Of a stretch of 64,000 nt of DNA, positions 40,940 to 54,789 are shown piece after piece (position 1 is the stretch's first letter; each line of letters begins with the position of its first letter). The position numbers and the translations under genes were made by a program. The notes under the pieces are model-generated. The model made no database searches. It was given only the letters and a program-made list of their open reading frames with translations, and had not been told where the DNA came from. The stretch comes from the human T2T-CHM13v2.0 reference genome, Homo sapiens, in the NCBI RefSeq assembly GCF_009914755.1, contig NC_060940.1; one strand, given 5' to 3'.

Positions 40940-41045
40940 TAGATGGATGGATGGATGGATGGATACATGGATGAATGGAGGGAGGGAGGGAGGAAGAGAG
41001 GGATGGATAAATGGATGTGGGAGGGAAGGGTGGAAGGATGGAATA
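40940..41045. repeat. (GGAT)n/(GGGA)n repeat at an L2 tail
   Basis: gatggatggatggatggatggatac...gggagggaggg. Confidence 0.8.
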
Positions 41046-41192
41046 ATGGAAAGAAGAACATCAGCAGCTTCTCAAAAATGTAAGTTCTAACATAAGTAGT
41101 AATATTACTTATGAAATATTTTATTGATAGTCAAGCACCCTGATTAAACTTGTCCTATTTCATCATATAAAATTAAGCTTAATCTTCATTTA

Positions 41193-41499
<307 letters not shown>

Positions 41500-41757
41500 T
41501 CATTCAGTAACAAAACAAAATCTCAAGGCAACATATCTGATTTATGGTTCACTAACATAAATACATATGCCTAGAAATTCACTGAACGTCAAAATGATTT
41601 ATACATACAATCACTAGAGTGAAGTTGAAAGTGTTTTAAGCAGAATCTGCATTTAAAATGCATATATATTTATTAGAAAGGATGCCATAACAGATTGGAT
41701 ACATACAATCAAATTGTTGCTAATAACACTAGGCCAAAGTCTTTATAAGTGCGCACG

Positions 41758-41759
<2 letters not shown>

Positions 41760-41807
<48 letters not shown>
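41760..41807. repeat. (TG)n microsatellite, ~24 units
   Basis: Seen directly. Confidence 0.97.
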
Positions 41808-41808
<1 letters not shown>

Positions 41809-43844
41809 TGTTGTAAGAAAGTTTAAGGCTATCTCCCTTCCTTATTCCTCTCTCTGATTACTGTCAATGCTAGCTAGTTGATGTCAGTAATGACAAGTTT
41901 GTATTTTAATTTTTAAGCTTGAGTGATCCATCACACCTCAACCAGAGTAGGTGGTTATTCCTACTACCTGCTTGGATGTCAAATGCATCAGTTGGCAATT
42001 TGTATTTCTTCAGCTTTCTCTCCCTCCTATTTTCTGTGTTTATTCTGTCTATCTACTTATTTCTTACACAAGAGTGACCAAGAGTGTGTACCCAGGAGGT
42101 GACGGTCAAGAGTATAACGTTTCAGAATTAAAAAATATTATAGTTGCAAACTGGATATTTTGGATAATACTGGAAAAACGGAAATATTAGATCATGAAAT
42201 CAGATATTATCCATACTTCTGTGTTAACTACGATAATTATCTTAATTTGATGTTTCGGTTTTTCCATTTGCTTATTGTATGTAATTTTGACACATCTGCC
42301 TTAATTAATAAGAATGGTACAAAATTAAGTAAATTTTACAAAAAGACATTTTAAAAGAACTCTTTATTCAAGGAGGAAACTTAACAAATTTAATTTTCTT
42401 TGATATAAAATATCAAAAGCCATAACTAGATATTTTATTCAAATATTAAGCTTGCAAGTTTGGGAGTAGGGGTGGGAATCCCACTACAGTCAAATTATTT
42501 TGATGTTACTTTCCAGGCTTAGAGTTTATCTTCCATATTTCCAATGAGAATCAGTTCCTCAAGTGGAATTTTATGATAAACTGCTGAAAGTAGTATTTAA
42601 AATGGAAACCCTGACAAGAATGAGTGTCACAGGGAGTAATGAATTCATGATGGAACTAGTTGGGAGTGTGTGACATTTTAAGTGCCTCATCACTCTGAAT
42701 TCACTGGGCATTTATTGTAATAGAAAGGACCATATTGAATTCATTTGGCATTCATGTGGACTTCACATGTATTTATGGAGATGTAACATGGTAATTTAAT
42801 ATTTATTCTACTAAGCATTCTTTAATGGACATTGAAAGATATTGTCATACAATGCTTAGTAAAGCCGGTAACTCTAACGTTATTCTTCTATCAAAACAAA
42901 GAAATGAAACACCATTTTGATTCCCAAAGCACCCGAGTAAGTTATTTGGATAAGCCAACATTATGTATTTACTCCCCCAAATCTGCTTTCTAAATTTTTA
43001 AGCCACAAGGTTGACTCTAGGACCAAGACAATAAAGCAGAAGTTCAGTTTAGGATTCTTTATATTCTAAAATTGTCTGCAAATACATTAATCTCAGTCTA
43101 AAAATATTAGGGGAAGATTTTCTTGGAACATCAGCAGTAAATTTAACACATGGCATGCCTTCAATAGATTTCTCTTCTTCCCCCTTTAGAGTTCAGTTTG
43201 CTGTCTTCATCACAGTCCCAAAAAATACATTTGTGTTTCTTCCTTGAAGAAGAATTATTTTTAGAACAAACACATCATTATTTGGGAACAATCAAAAGAT
43301 CAAAGGCATAAGAATCTTTGCTGGAAAGTGAAGGAAGAGTTCTTCAACCAACCAAAATGACAATCTTTTATTTTTATTCTAAGAACAGAGTTGTTCCAGG
43401 ACACAGCCTAATGCAAACTCTGCTACTAGTCACTTTCAAAATGTTGTCTAGAATGCCTTGTTTTTAAATTTTCTCTCAGTTGCCTTCTTTACACCACTCA
43501 AAAGCAGAACCTTTATTACAAACACACCAAAAGGTACCATATAACTAATCTTCCTGGTTTGAATGTAACCAATGTTCAAATATGATTGTAGAGTATTAAT
43601 TATTTTGACATCAATTTACTGAACACATTTTAATGAGGACCAGAAGGAAAGACAAAGTTTACTTACTTTCGTGATATATATCTGGTCCAGACCTTGTAAG
43701 TAATAGCACTTTCAAACTTACTATAGAAAATTCAGTGACTGTAAACATCTTTCAACTCTACATTGTGAGAGAGTTTTCAAATCTTTGGCAAATTACCCTG
43801 TGTAAACCTCCTTATGACCCAAAGAGATATTTTGAATGAGGGGA

Positions 43845-44276
43845 TGTATTAGTTTCTTAGGGCTGACATGAAAAAGTACTGGGTGACTTAAAACAGAAAC
43901 TACTTGTCTCATAGCTCTGGAAGCTAGAAGTCTGAAATCAAAGTGCTGTCAAGGGCCACACTACTTTCAGAGTGTCTAGGGGAGGATTCGGCCTCACCTT
44001 TTTTAGGTTCTGGCAGCCCCAGGTGTTCCTTGGCTTGTAGCTGAATCACTGCAATCTCTGCTTTGTTCCTCACACAGTGTTCTCCCTGCGTCTCTGTCTT
44101 CACATGGCATTTTCTTATATGGACCTCACGCATACTGGAATAGGTCCACTCTAACGGCTTCCTCTTAACTCGATGACATGTGCACAGATTCTATTCCCAA
44201 ATAAGGTCACTTTTGCAGATACCAGGGGTTAGGAGTTGGACGTTTCTTTTAGGGGGACACAATTCAACCCCTAAAT
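43845..44276 (-). mobile_element. MLT1C-like solo LTR
   Basis: tgtattagtttcttagggctg...ctattcccaaataaggtcac...gggggacacaattcaaccc; 5-bp TSD gggga. Confidence 0.85.
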
Positions 44277-44794
44277 GGGGATCTCCTGACAGTTCTTAAT
44301 AGGGTCAATATTTCAATGCGTGCATTTGTTTTTTATAATGATCTTTTCTATGATACTGGGTGAGATAAAAACCAACTTATTTGCCTTTAAGAGCTTCTTT
44401 GTTTTCTGCCATTTGTGCTAGCAACAGTCAGAGAAAACTTTTTTTTTATAGCAAATTGTTTTTCTCAACACATTCTGTCTGGAAAAGAATGTTCTCTAGT
44501 TACCACCTCTTTGGTCTAAGGGCATCTCCTTGGTTTCTGTGTTACAGCCTCTTTGTGTTAATTATAAGTTGCTTTGCTTTACAGACTCAAAATGAATGTT
44601 ACAGTGACTGATAAAAGCCAGGATCCTGAGTTCAAGATCCTGACCAATTGGGTGCTTCATTTGAAATCAGAATCTGTGTTCACTGTGGTTTACTTGGGGT
44701 ATGTGTTAGATTTCTCTTGGTTGCAAGCAAAAGGAATTCACAATGGTTAGTATCAAGCAGGTAAGAAAAGGGAAGAAAGAAGATTGTTGAGGTG

Positions 44795-45620
44795 TGTCTT
44801 AGTTCACTAGGGCTCCTATAACAAAGTGCCACAAACTGGGTGGCTTAAACAAAATAAATTTCCTGTCAATCTCTTCTAGAGGCTGGAAGTCTAAGGTCAA
44901 GGTGTAGGTAGGGCTGGTTTCTTCTGAGGGCTGTGAGGGGAATCTGTTCATGCCTCTCTCAGCTTCTGGAGGTTTGCTAGAAACCTTTGGCATTCCTTAG
45001 CTTATAGCCGCATCATCCCAATCTCAACCTTCCCTTTGCATGCCAGTCTCCCTGTGTCTATGTCTGCCTCTGAGTCCAAATCTCCCATTTTTTTTGGTAA
45101 GGACGTGGTATGGTTTGGCTGTGTCCCCACCCAAATCTCATCTTGAATTGTAGCTCCCATAATTCCCACGTGTTATGGGAGGGACTGGGTGGGAGATAAT
45201 TGAATCATGGGGGTGGTTTCTACCATACTGTTCTTGTGGTAGTGAGTAAGTCTCAGGAGATCTGATGGTTTTAGAAGTGGTCTCCCTATTCGCTTGGTTC
45301 TCATTCTCTTTTTCACTTGCTGCTGATGTAAGATGTGCCTTTCGCCTTTCACCATGATTGTGAGGCCTCTCCAGCCACGTGTAACTGTGAGTCCATTAAA
45401 CATCTTTTTCTTTATAAACATGTCTTTATCAGCATTGTGAAAATGGACTAATACAGGATACCAGTGATACTGGATTAAGGTCTACCCATGACTTTATTTT
45501 AACTTGATTACCTCTGTAAAGACCCTATCTCCAAATAAAGTCACTGAGAGTTAGAACTCCCACATCTTTTTTTTTTTTTTTTTTGGTGGTGGTTGGCGGG
45601 GACAGTGAAACCCACAGCAG
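44795..45620 (-). mobile_element. MLT1C/D-like LTR, split by THE1
   Basis: tgtcttagttcactagggctcctataacaaagtgccacaaactgggtggcttaaac...gaccctatctccaaataaagtcac. Confidence 0.8.
45106..45455 (+). mobile_element. THE1B-like solo LTR
   Basis: tggtatggtttggctgtgtccccacccaaatctcatcttgaattgtagctccc...aaatggactaataca; flanks ggacg/ggata. Confidence 0.9.
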
Positions 45621-46974
45621 TGAGAGAGTTGTATGCACATGGACACAAAAGAGCATCTGATCATAAAGAGAAGGAAACCAAACCTGTCTGGGCACTGCAA
45701 TGTGTGAATCTAGAACTCTCCAACTGCTATGCTTCAGCTTAGATGTTGCGCATCACCATATTTCTGTGTCCTGAATTTCACATCTTCGAGAAGAATTTTA
45801 TTGGTCCAGTTGAGCCCAGATACCTTCCCTTGGCTCAATCTTCAATGGCCAGGGAGTGAGGGCACAGGTCACAATGGCCATGTTTTGAGGGATGTGCAAG
45901 TTTGTGTGTGTGCTTGTGTACATGTGTGAGGATTTTGTCCTCTACAAAAGTCAGTGGAATCATTGTGAGACTGTGAGCTGGCAAGAGGATATCTCCTTCC
46001 CCCACATCCCTCACCCCATCCCAATCTCTGGAGAGGAAAGACTGCCTGTGCTCTCAAAGAAGAAGTGGCTTTTCATTGATTCAGAAAGAAATGTCAGTTG
46101 ATATCTGCTTCCTATAAGGTGTTCTGTCCTGAGCTGGAGGTATAGATACAAGAAATGGGTCCTGATATTCAGCTATTGGCATGGGTAAGACTGAAGTAGG
46201 AAAGGACTTTTCATCTCCTCCCAAGCCGAGGACACAGCTCACCATGAGGTCGTTGGGTACGCTGGCTTCATCTAAAAGAACCACATTTAGGTTCTTATGC
46301 GAGACCACGGCATGAGCTCAGTCCATGGCAATGAGTCCTATTTTGTTGAGATGCCCAAGCAGGAGTTTCCTTACTGCCAGCATCTACAGGGCTGCCATGT
46401 GCTCCCCACAACTCTCCCAGGCTTGGCTCAAGTGCAGGGAGGCCCAGGTAACTCCAAAGAGAGGGTCCATTCATCATGGACCCAGGCTTTCTCTGATGTC
46501 CATAACTGTCTCCCCCTGGGGATTTTGATGAATATTCAAGGACATAAATTCACACACGGGCTCAGCTGTTGTACACCCATGGGAATCAGGAGGCTCAGTA
46601 TATCTTCCTAAGTGTTCCATTTCTTTCCCAGGAGCCACAGAAGTGCAACAAAGAGATGAGCCCCATAAACCACTGCATGTGTGTGTTTGTCATTTTTCTT
46701 TAGTGCAAGGTTTACAAGACTCCCTCCCAACAGGGTCGTCATCTCAACACATGTCACTTGGCTATACGCTTCACTGGAACATTGTGTTGTGCTGGGGCTG
46801 AATTAAATGTGCAATTACTGCACATTTTCTCGAAAGGAGTTTTGACAATGATAAATGCATAGACATTTTTCCACACTCAGACAACGTGACTCCTTGCTCA
46901 TCAAGTGGCTCAGGATTCACTTTGAAGAACTGGTCTCTTGTTAACAGGAGAACGTGGGTGCTGCCCGAGAAGCG

Positions 46975-47195
46975 CATGGGCCTGAGTTCAAGTGCCACTT
47001 CTACCTGTCATGTACCATCTGAGCGTGGGCAGCTTTCTTACTCCTGCTAGCCCGAGTTTTCAATGAGCAATCATTGCACCTCTGATAAACCTCATTGGCT
47101 ATGGTATTTCTATATGCAAAGCTGAGACAACACTTGGAAAGTAATTACCATAGTCCCTGGTTAATAGTAAGCTTTCAATGAGTGTTGGCTAGCAT
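46975..47195 (+). mobile_element. MIR
   Basis: cctgagttcaagtgccacttct...gtgggcagctttcttaact...tagtaagctttcaat. Confidence 0.5.
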
Positions 47196-48733
47196 TCATG
47201 CCCGTAAGTTATCCTCTTGCCTAGAGCAGTGATGGCTCTAATGTGAGTTCAGATCCCTACAATAGGAGAAACAGTGCTTGTTGCTTTTCAAAAAGCAGAG
47301 AATAACCATAACTTTTCTACAGATCCTTGAATATAATAACAGTAGCTAATATCTGTTTACTTATTACCTGCTAGGCAATGTGATCAATTTTCTGTGGATC
47401 AGATGATTCAATTCTCATACAAACCCTGTGAACTTTTTGGTATTTATTTTACATATTAGGAATCCTGGTGGGCCAACTGCAGCCCACTGGCCCCTCCAGG
47501 TCCACTGTCCACCATTCTCTACTCTCTGGTGCCACAAGATGCTTATCTGTATGAAGCCTTAGGAAGGAAACCAGAAGAACTGACACCCTGTCTTGTTCTC
47601 CCTCCACCTCTGATTCCTCACTAGTGCTTCTAATTTACTGAAGCCAGCTGGAAACCAGAAGACAAGGCTGCCAGGTGCTCTGACAAAGGACGGAGCAGGG
47701 TATAGAAGGGAGAGTAAATTCAGAGGACTAAGCAAATGTACTCAGCACATCTGCTTGTGAACATACTGCCAGCAAGTGCCATTTGTTTTAAGCGATAGAG
47801 AATTAGATATCCTCTTTGCTGTACTGTTCCAAACTGCTTATTTCTTTCTCCTTCTTTTTCCTCATAGACTATGATCTTTTGATATTATAGCAGGAAACTT
47901 GGCGTGGGCTAGCATCTTGGTGTAATCCAACCTCTCTTAGATTTGTGGATATTTCATTGTGAAAAGGTCAAGATAAAAAATACATTACTAAATATCCATT
48001 TATCCTTTATTTTCTCATCATATACAGAAAGGTTATTGCCAAATATGGCCATAAAGGTTTTATTGCTCCAATTTTTATAGCAAAAACAGATACACTTCTT
48101 AATGAATTTTGGTTTATTAGATCAGCAATGACCAACATGGGGTTTCTAGCTCTTAGGAGACCCTGATGGTGGCAATGAAGGTCTGCAAGCTATTTTAAAT
48201 ATTTCAGAAAATCTAATATAATCTTACTTTTACAAATGATAAAGCTTCACAAACAAAAACATCAAGATGTTTTGCTTTTTACTGAAATGATATTAGCTCT
48301 GCATGGTGAACTTAGTAATTTAATTCTGATCAGCAGCTCTGATTGGCAGTTATATGTGCCTTTGATTAATAAAACATGGGTGAGAAAATAAATTATTACT
48401 TAATCTGTGCAGTTTGCTAGATAAAGTCTTTGAAAACCTGGAGTCAATTGGATGGAAAATAATGAACTGGGTGCTCAGTGGTGAAATAATAAGCACAATA
48501 CCAGCTTGGCATGTCTCACATATGTAGGAAAGCCAAGACAGGCTTCCAGATGGGCCGAGATCTGATAAACAATTCCAGTCAATTATTTGTTTTTAGTAAT
48601 AACAACGACAATAATAATGATGATAGTAGGTAACAATTATTAAGTGGCCAGACATAGTGCTGAAATGCTCTCCATGTAATATTTTATTTCTTCCTTCCAA
48701 TAGACCTAGGAGGAATGCACTCTGATTATCCCT

Positions 48734-49196
48734 TATTTCAGGTTGGTCTCCTTCAGAAGCAGACTCAGACATTTATGGGCTCAGATAGTTTATTTGGGAG
48801 GTAATGCCAAGAAGCACTGTAGGGAATGAAGAAAGTCAGCTGGGGAAGGCAAGGAAGGCAACACCAGGATGCACTGAATGGTAGATTGTCTCTGTGGGCA
48901 CCTGGGATGCCACCCCCCTTGGCACGTCTGGGGACAGTGTAGAACACACCTTTGAGTTGTACCACACAATCAGTGAGGAAGCTGGGTATTGCTCTTCCGA
49001 CTCCTGTTTGTAATTAGTTCAGAGCGGCTTTCAGGGAAGTCGACTTCCCGGAACTTCCAGTTCACCCTGTGGAAGGGAAGGGGCTGAGCATGTTCTGGTG
49101 GCTAGAGAAAGCCCTCAGGTACAGAGATACAGGGGTTTCCAGAAAGCCTCTGGTGACGCACAAGGATGTGAGCACACACGAACAGTACCTGCTGCA
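48734..49196 (-). mobile_element. LTR33-like solo LTR inserted in a MIR
   Basis: cagaagcagactcagac...tagtttatttgggaggtaatgccaagaagcac...gacagtgtagaacacacctttgagttgt; MIR sequence at 48600-48733 and 49200-49270. Confidence 0.65.
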
Positions 49197-49361
49197 CTTC
49201 CGTCCTACAAGAGAGGAAGTCAAGAATTCATGAGTTGAAATAACTTATCCAGAGTCACAAAGCGCTTGTGATGGTGTGCTCTTCCAAAGAATTTTTTTGC
49301 TCCCTGTGTCTGAAGGCTACCAATGTCCAATAATGTACCAAATGAGCCCTTGTTCTTAGAG

Positions 49362-49965
49362 TTTTTTTAAACAACAGCTTTATTGAGATATAATTCACAT
49401 ACCATACTATTCACTCTTTTAAAGTGTAGCACTCCATGGTTTTCAGTCTATTCACAGAATTGTGCAACCGTCGCCACAATGAACTTCAGAATATTTTTTA
49501 AATCTCCTGGAAAAAAAAAAAAAACACTATCCTGAGTCATACCTCATTTTCCACCATTACATCCTCAGCTCCTGGCAGCCACAAAATCTCATTCTGTCTC
49601 TGTTTCATTCCCTTTTATGGACATTTTATAGAAACTGAATATAATATCTGATCTTTTGTGCCTGCCTTCTTTCACTTAGGATAGTGTTTTAAATGTTCAT
49701 CCCTGTTGTAGCGTGTATCAATACTTCAGTCTTTGCATTGCCAAATAATATTCCATTGCCTGGATATATCACATTTGTTTATCCACTTATTGCTCAATGA
49801 ACATTTTAGTTGTTTCCACTTTGGGGCGATTTTGAATAACGTTGCTGTGAAAATATGCCTATAATCTTTGGTGTGGATATGCACCTACCTAGGATTAGAA
49901 TTGCTAGGTTATCGGCAACTCTATTTTTAACCTTTTGAGGAACTGCCAGATTCTTTTTCCAAGCA
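49362..49965 (-). mobile_element. L1MB/MC-like 3' end
   Basis: acagctttattgagatataattcacataccatac...ccttttgaggaactgccaga. Confidence 0.85.
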
Positions 49966-50759
49966 GTCTTAGAGTTTATTGATGATTTTAATTTGCTGTT
50001 TAATTAAGCAAGATGCCTGCCTTACACTGTTTGGCAAAGGAGAAAAATCAGCATCAGGCACTTGCAGACATAGATTTCCAGAATTCGTAAAACATTCAAG
50101 AAGGATGTTATCGGTACATGATCAGAGTTGAGTAGGTTCTGGATTTTAATGCCTGTACTTGCTTTTTACTTATAAATGATTAATACTTTAGCTTCATAAT
50201 TATCCATTTAGTTTATGATTATGGGTTGCCTGGTTAACCCTACTGGGTGTAGTGATGCATGCTTTCATCAGAAACATTTTTGGCCTGCAGTTTCTAAGTA
50301 GCCAGATTTTAAAGCATATACAGGTGGCAGTTCATTAAACATGCATTCGTTTTTGTTTTTATTTGGCACCTACTGTGAATCAGTCACTGTGTTAGGTGCT
50401 GTGAATACAGTGGGGGGACAAAAACAGATACAATTGTGTTAGAGAAAAATAAACTTTGAAGGAAACTGCACTAGAAGATACAGCATTTAGTCATTGCTGG
50501 GATTCTCTTCATTGCAAGCAGCTACTGCATTCCGATTATTCACCCTGAATCTAAGGCAAGCTCTGCTCTAAAATGTCACACAAGAAAGAAGTGGAAAACC
50601 TCTTCTCCAGGAGGGGTTTGCAATGTAAATAAAGAGACAAAGAATGCCTTAGGTGTTTCCTCTACCTAGCATAATCAAATACTACTATGAAATATGCAAG
50701 AGTCTGTGTCATCACTGACATTCAGTCTTGGATTTATTTTTTTTAACTCTGTGTACTAG

Positions 50760-51520
50760 ACACTGCCTCTTGGATGTCCCATAGTTCATTGAACTCTCCA
50801 AGTGCAAAGTTAAACTCAATCTCCCCACCAACCTCTAACCTCAACCCAGCCCCAGACTTTTTTTTCCAGTGTATGCTTTCTATTTTAGCAAATCAAGGGT
50901 GCTACTCACCGTGCTGTTGCCAAAACCACAAACATGGGCATGATTCTCGGTGTTTCTGTAGGCTTCTCTCACCTACCCTCTAGTCAGGCAGGTCTTCATC
51001 ATTTAACCTTCTACTTCTCTCTGACAGATTTGCTTCTGTCTATCCTCATCTTCATCCTAGATCTAAACCACCATTATCTCTTGCCTGCAACCTTTTATTC
51101 CTAATTCTAGTCTTTAATATCTAATTTCTGCTCCAAATGGCAGCTGAAGGATTATTTTCAAGCTCAGATGTATCCTGCCACACCCTTTGGAACTCCTCAT
51201 GGATCGTTATTACCCCCAGGTTTAAGTCCATTTTCTTTAACATATCAGAGCCTTGCTCCAAATGGCAGCTGAAGGATTATTTTCAAGCTCAGGTATATCC
51301 TGCCACACCCTTTGGAACTCCTCTTGGATCATCATTACCCCCGAGTTTAAGTCCATTTTCTTTAATACAGCAGCGCCTGTCCTTCATGACCCAGCCCCTG
51401 ATGCCATCTCTGGTTTTATCTTTACCCACTCCCTTAGCAGATGCTTGTGTTGAGCAGAGCCAAACCAAATCTCTTACTATCCCTAGAATGTGCCAGGTTC
51501 TTTCACATTGGAAAGTTTGC
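50760..51520 (+). mobile_element. L2 fragment containing a 125-bp tandem duplication
   Basis: cttggatgtcccatag...accaccattatctcttgcctg are L2-like. Confidence 0.55.
51129..51378. repeat. 125-bp tandem duplication (two copies, ~91% identical)
   Basis: tgctccaaatggcagctgaaggattattttcaagctcag at 51129 and 51254; 11 substitutions and no indels by manual alignment. Confidence 0.95.
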
Positions 51521-51552
51521 ATAAGATGAGCTTTGAAAAGTACTTTTTCAAT

Positions 51553-52040
51553 AACTTGTGTCTCAGTGGATTTCTATTAATTAGGATATGGGTTTGGATG
51601 CCATAGCAAAGATTCAAATGTCAGTGGCTTCAATAAGATAGATGCATATTACTCTCTCAAGTGATGGTTCAGGCAGGAGCAGTTCTAGATTGACATGGTG
51701 GCCCCACTGTGTCACTTAGAGACAAAGTGGAGACAGGGGTGGAGAGACATAAATCTATCTGAGAGATGTGTAGGAAGCTGAATCTTTAAAACCTGGCTTC
51801 CCTCTTATTTTATGGCATTTGTGGAATGTATCCTGTGTCCTCATGGCCCCAGACAACTCACCACCACATCCACATTCTATCCCAGTCAGTGGGAAAGGGG
51901 AAAGGGGAGCCATATCCCTTCTCTTGAAATACACAAGTGGAAAGTTGCATCTACCACCTCTCCTCATATCTTCTTGGCGAGCTGTTGACCATATGACTAA
52001 ATCTAGCTGCAAGGAAAATCAAGAGCTATTGGTCTTTCTT
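51553..52040 (-). mobile_element. MLT1J-like LTR
   Basis: cagtggcttcaataagatag...catatgactaaatctagctgcaagg. Confidence 0.6.
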
Positions 52041-52364
52041 TGGGGGACAAATAGAAGTTTCTGGTAATTATTTTATGTAAAACTAATCCGAAGAAATAAG
52101 TACATTTTCCTTCCAAACATGGCAATCCTGGCAGGGTTGTGGGCACTGGAATCACACCATTTTTTGCTAACTAAACAAATTTCCAAGTCAACAATGTCAG
52201 ATATTGGAAGTTCAAGATAGATAAAGGCCACTAGTATGTTGGCAATAGCATGCCCTCTTTACAAATGATAAAATTTAGAGAAGTCAGGTGCCTCCCAAGT
52301 ACCCATAACATGTACACGCCCCCCTGCTATCTTCTGAATCCACCCTCTGTGCTGAACAAACATG

Positions 52365-52570
52365 CAGGGCAGTATACTTTAGTGATTAAGAACACCAGCT
52401 TTGGACTCAGAAAGGTCTGGATGCATAATCACTTATTATTGTGATATTTACAAATTCCCTAAGTTTTCTGAGCTTTATTTTCCCACAAGGATGTTATATG
52501 CATTAAATGGGATAATATCTAGAAATTACCTAGGAAATATCTGGCCAATGATTAGCACTTAAGAAATGAT
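52365..52570 (+). mobile_element. MIR
   Basis: gggcagtatactttagtgattaagaacaccagctttggactcaga...cattaaatgggataat. Confidence 0.65.
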
Positions 52571-54120
52571 CTCTAGTATAACTATAATGAATATCTCTTA
52601 AACTTTTTCTGCTATGACCAGTTATTGCTTCTTTTGGAGACATGATAGCTGGAAAATGTGCACTCATAATTTTGCCAGTGTTTATTTCTTCATAAGGCAA
52701 GACAAAAGGAGTCCTGTGGAAGACGCCTCTTCACTTTCTTCTTAATGTACTTGGTCTAAGGTATCCACACTTGTCTGAGAGATGGCAGAGGTGGGTGAGG
52801 CACCACAGCTCTGTCTTTCTCTTAGTAAACTCACAGATTCCTAACTAAGTACTCAGAGTCTGCTGTGTGCCATACCTAACCTAAAATCCCAATTCTACCC
52901 ATTCCTGGCTGTCAGATCTTGGAAAAGATTCTTGACCTCTCTTAGCACCAACCTCTGCTTCTAAAAATGAGAATAACTTGAATACCTACTTAACAATTGT
53001 CCTCGGAGGAATAGCTGAGACGCTTCACCTAGAAGTGCTTAAAACTGTGTCTGATATATCGTTCATGCTTGATAAATATGAGCTGACTTAAATTCCCCCA
53101 TTTAAGCATGAATTTCAGCAGAGGCAGTAGGGGTAAAAAGGAGAGGATGCGGTGAAGAAAAATTTAGAAGGCATAATGGAAAGGACCCAGTGATGGTCCA
53201 GTGTCAGGGAGATGGCCCAGATAGAAATGTAGCAAAATTATCCTGAAAAATTTGATTATTTGATAGAATGGTTCACCAAGATGGAAAACACAGTCGGGGA
53301 GGAGAGGGCTTGAGAGGAAGACAATGAGTAAAACGTTAGGCATGGTCAATTTGAGTGGTCAAGGGATTCACCATGGAGATATTAAACAGGCATTAGATAG
53401 CCAGGTCTGAAGCTCTGTAGAGAAGTGTAAGTTCAAAACATTCATTTAGGAGTCACTTGACCCAGGAGGCACCAGCCGCAGGTCACAGGCTCCATTGTCT
53501 TCAGGGACCAGTAGCAGTCATGTGAAAAGCAGGAAAGAGAGACGGTTAACTTGGGGTCAACAATGCGATGCACGCCCTGCCCAAAGGCCTTCAAGTGCAT
53601 TCACCTGGGTGAGTACTCAGCCTGAGGTCTGAATGGAACCTTCCACCTGGGAAGATGTTAAAGTGGTTATGAACGAATGAAATCTACCCCCAAGGTTTTC
53701 CTGGTGCAGAAAGAGAAGACTGAAGATCAAATTTACAACGTGCTTAGACTTCTACAGTGTTGCTGAAATCTACATCAGACAGTATTTTGGCGAGGAGCAA
53801 GGCTTCCCCAGCAGTGTTCATGATCTGACAGCTGTAACCAATACCTGACATTTCCCTTTTGGATATAAATAATTATCTTTCACAGTTATGGCACATACAC
53901 AACAAGTAAATTTCCCCTTTTATTTGGAAAGCCTCTACTTTACAATTCATGTTTACCTTCCTGAATCTTTTCTACATTTCAAATTCATGTTTTGTTTAAA
54001 AAGATGACAGACACAGGAAAGCGTTGGTTATGGCAATATAATTAAAGGACATTCATTTCACTCAAACCTGCATGGTGATTTTTGGCAGGGGAGGGGGCTG
54101 GCAAATGATGTTTTGCCTCC

Positions 54121-54465
54121 TGTATTAGTTTTCTATTTCTTCTGTAAAAATTTATGACAAAATTTGTGGCTTAAAGCAACCCATGGATGTCTGAATGGCT
54201 TTGGTTCCTTTCTGGAGGCCCAAGGGCAGAATCCACTTTCTTCCCTCTCCCAGTTTCTAGAGGCTCACAGCCCCTTCCTTCATTTTCAAAGCCACAAAAG
54301 TTGGATCTCTCCAGCCATTTTCTGAGTAGTTACATCTCCTTTGCACTCTTTTCGACCTCCATCTCTAATTTTCAGGACCCTTGTGATTGCATTGGGTTCA
54401 CCTGGGTAAGTGGGAAGACTCTTTTTAAGGTCAGCTGATTAACAACCCAAATTCCACCTGCATAG
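54121..54465 (-). mobile_element. MLT1D/E-like LTR
   Basis: tgtattagttttctatt...gtggcttaaagcaac...aaggtcagctgattaacaacc. Confidence 0.7.
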
Positions 54466-54489
54466 GTTCTGTTTGCCATATAAGTTTAT

Positions 54490-54785
54490 AAGTTCCTTTA
54501 TATCTCCGAGTAGTACTGCGTGGCATGGATGTACCACACGGTTGTTGTTGTTTTTAACCCTCTACCTGCTGAAAGACATCTGGTTTGCTTCCAGTTTTAG
54601 CATTTATGAGTACGGCAGCTATGCACAATTGTGTACAGATTTTTCTTTTAATGGAGGTTTTCATTCTCTGAGATGAATTCGCCCAAAAGTGCAATGTCTG
54701 GGTTATATAATTGCATGTGTTGTTTTATTTTTTAAAAAAACATTGCTAAACTGTTTTCCAGAGCGGCTATACCATTTTACATTCT
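54490..54785 (-). mobile_element. L1MC/ME fragment
   Basis: gcatggatgtaccac...ctaaactgttttccagagcggctataccattttacattc. Confidence 0.7.
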
Positions 54786-54789
54786 ATTG

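Noticed and set aside
51137-51529. Apparently repeated protein motif MAAEGLFSSS
   Set aside because: Artefact of the 125-bp DNA duplication; the copies are in different frames.
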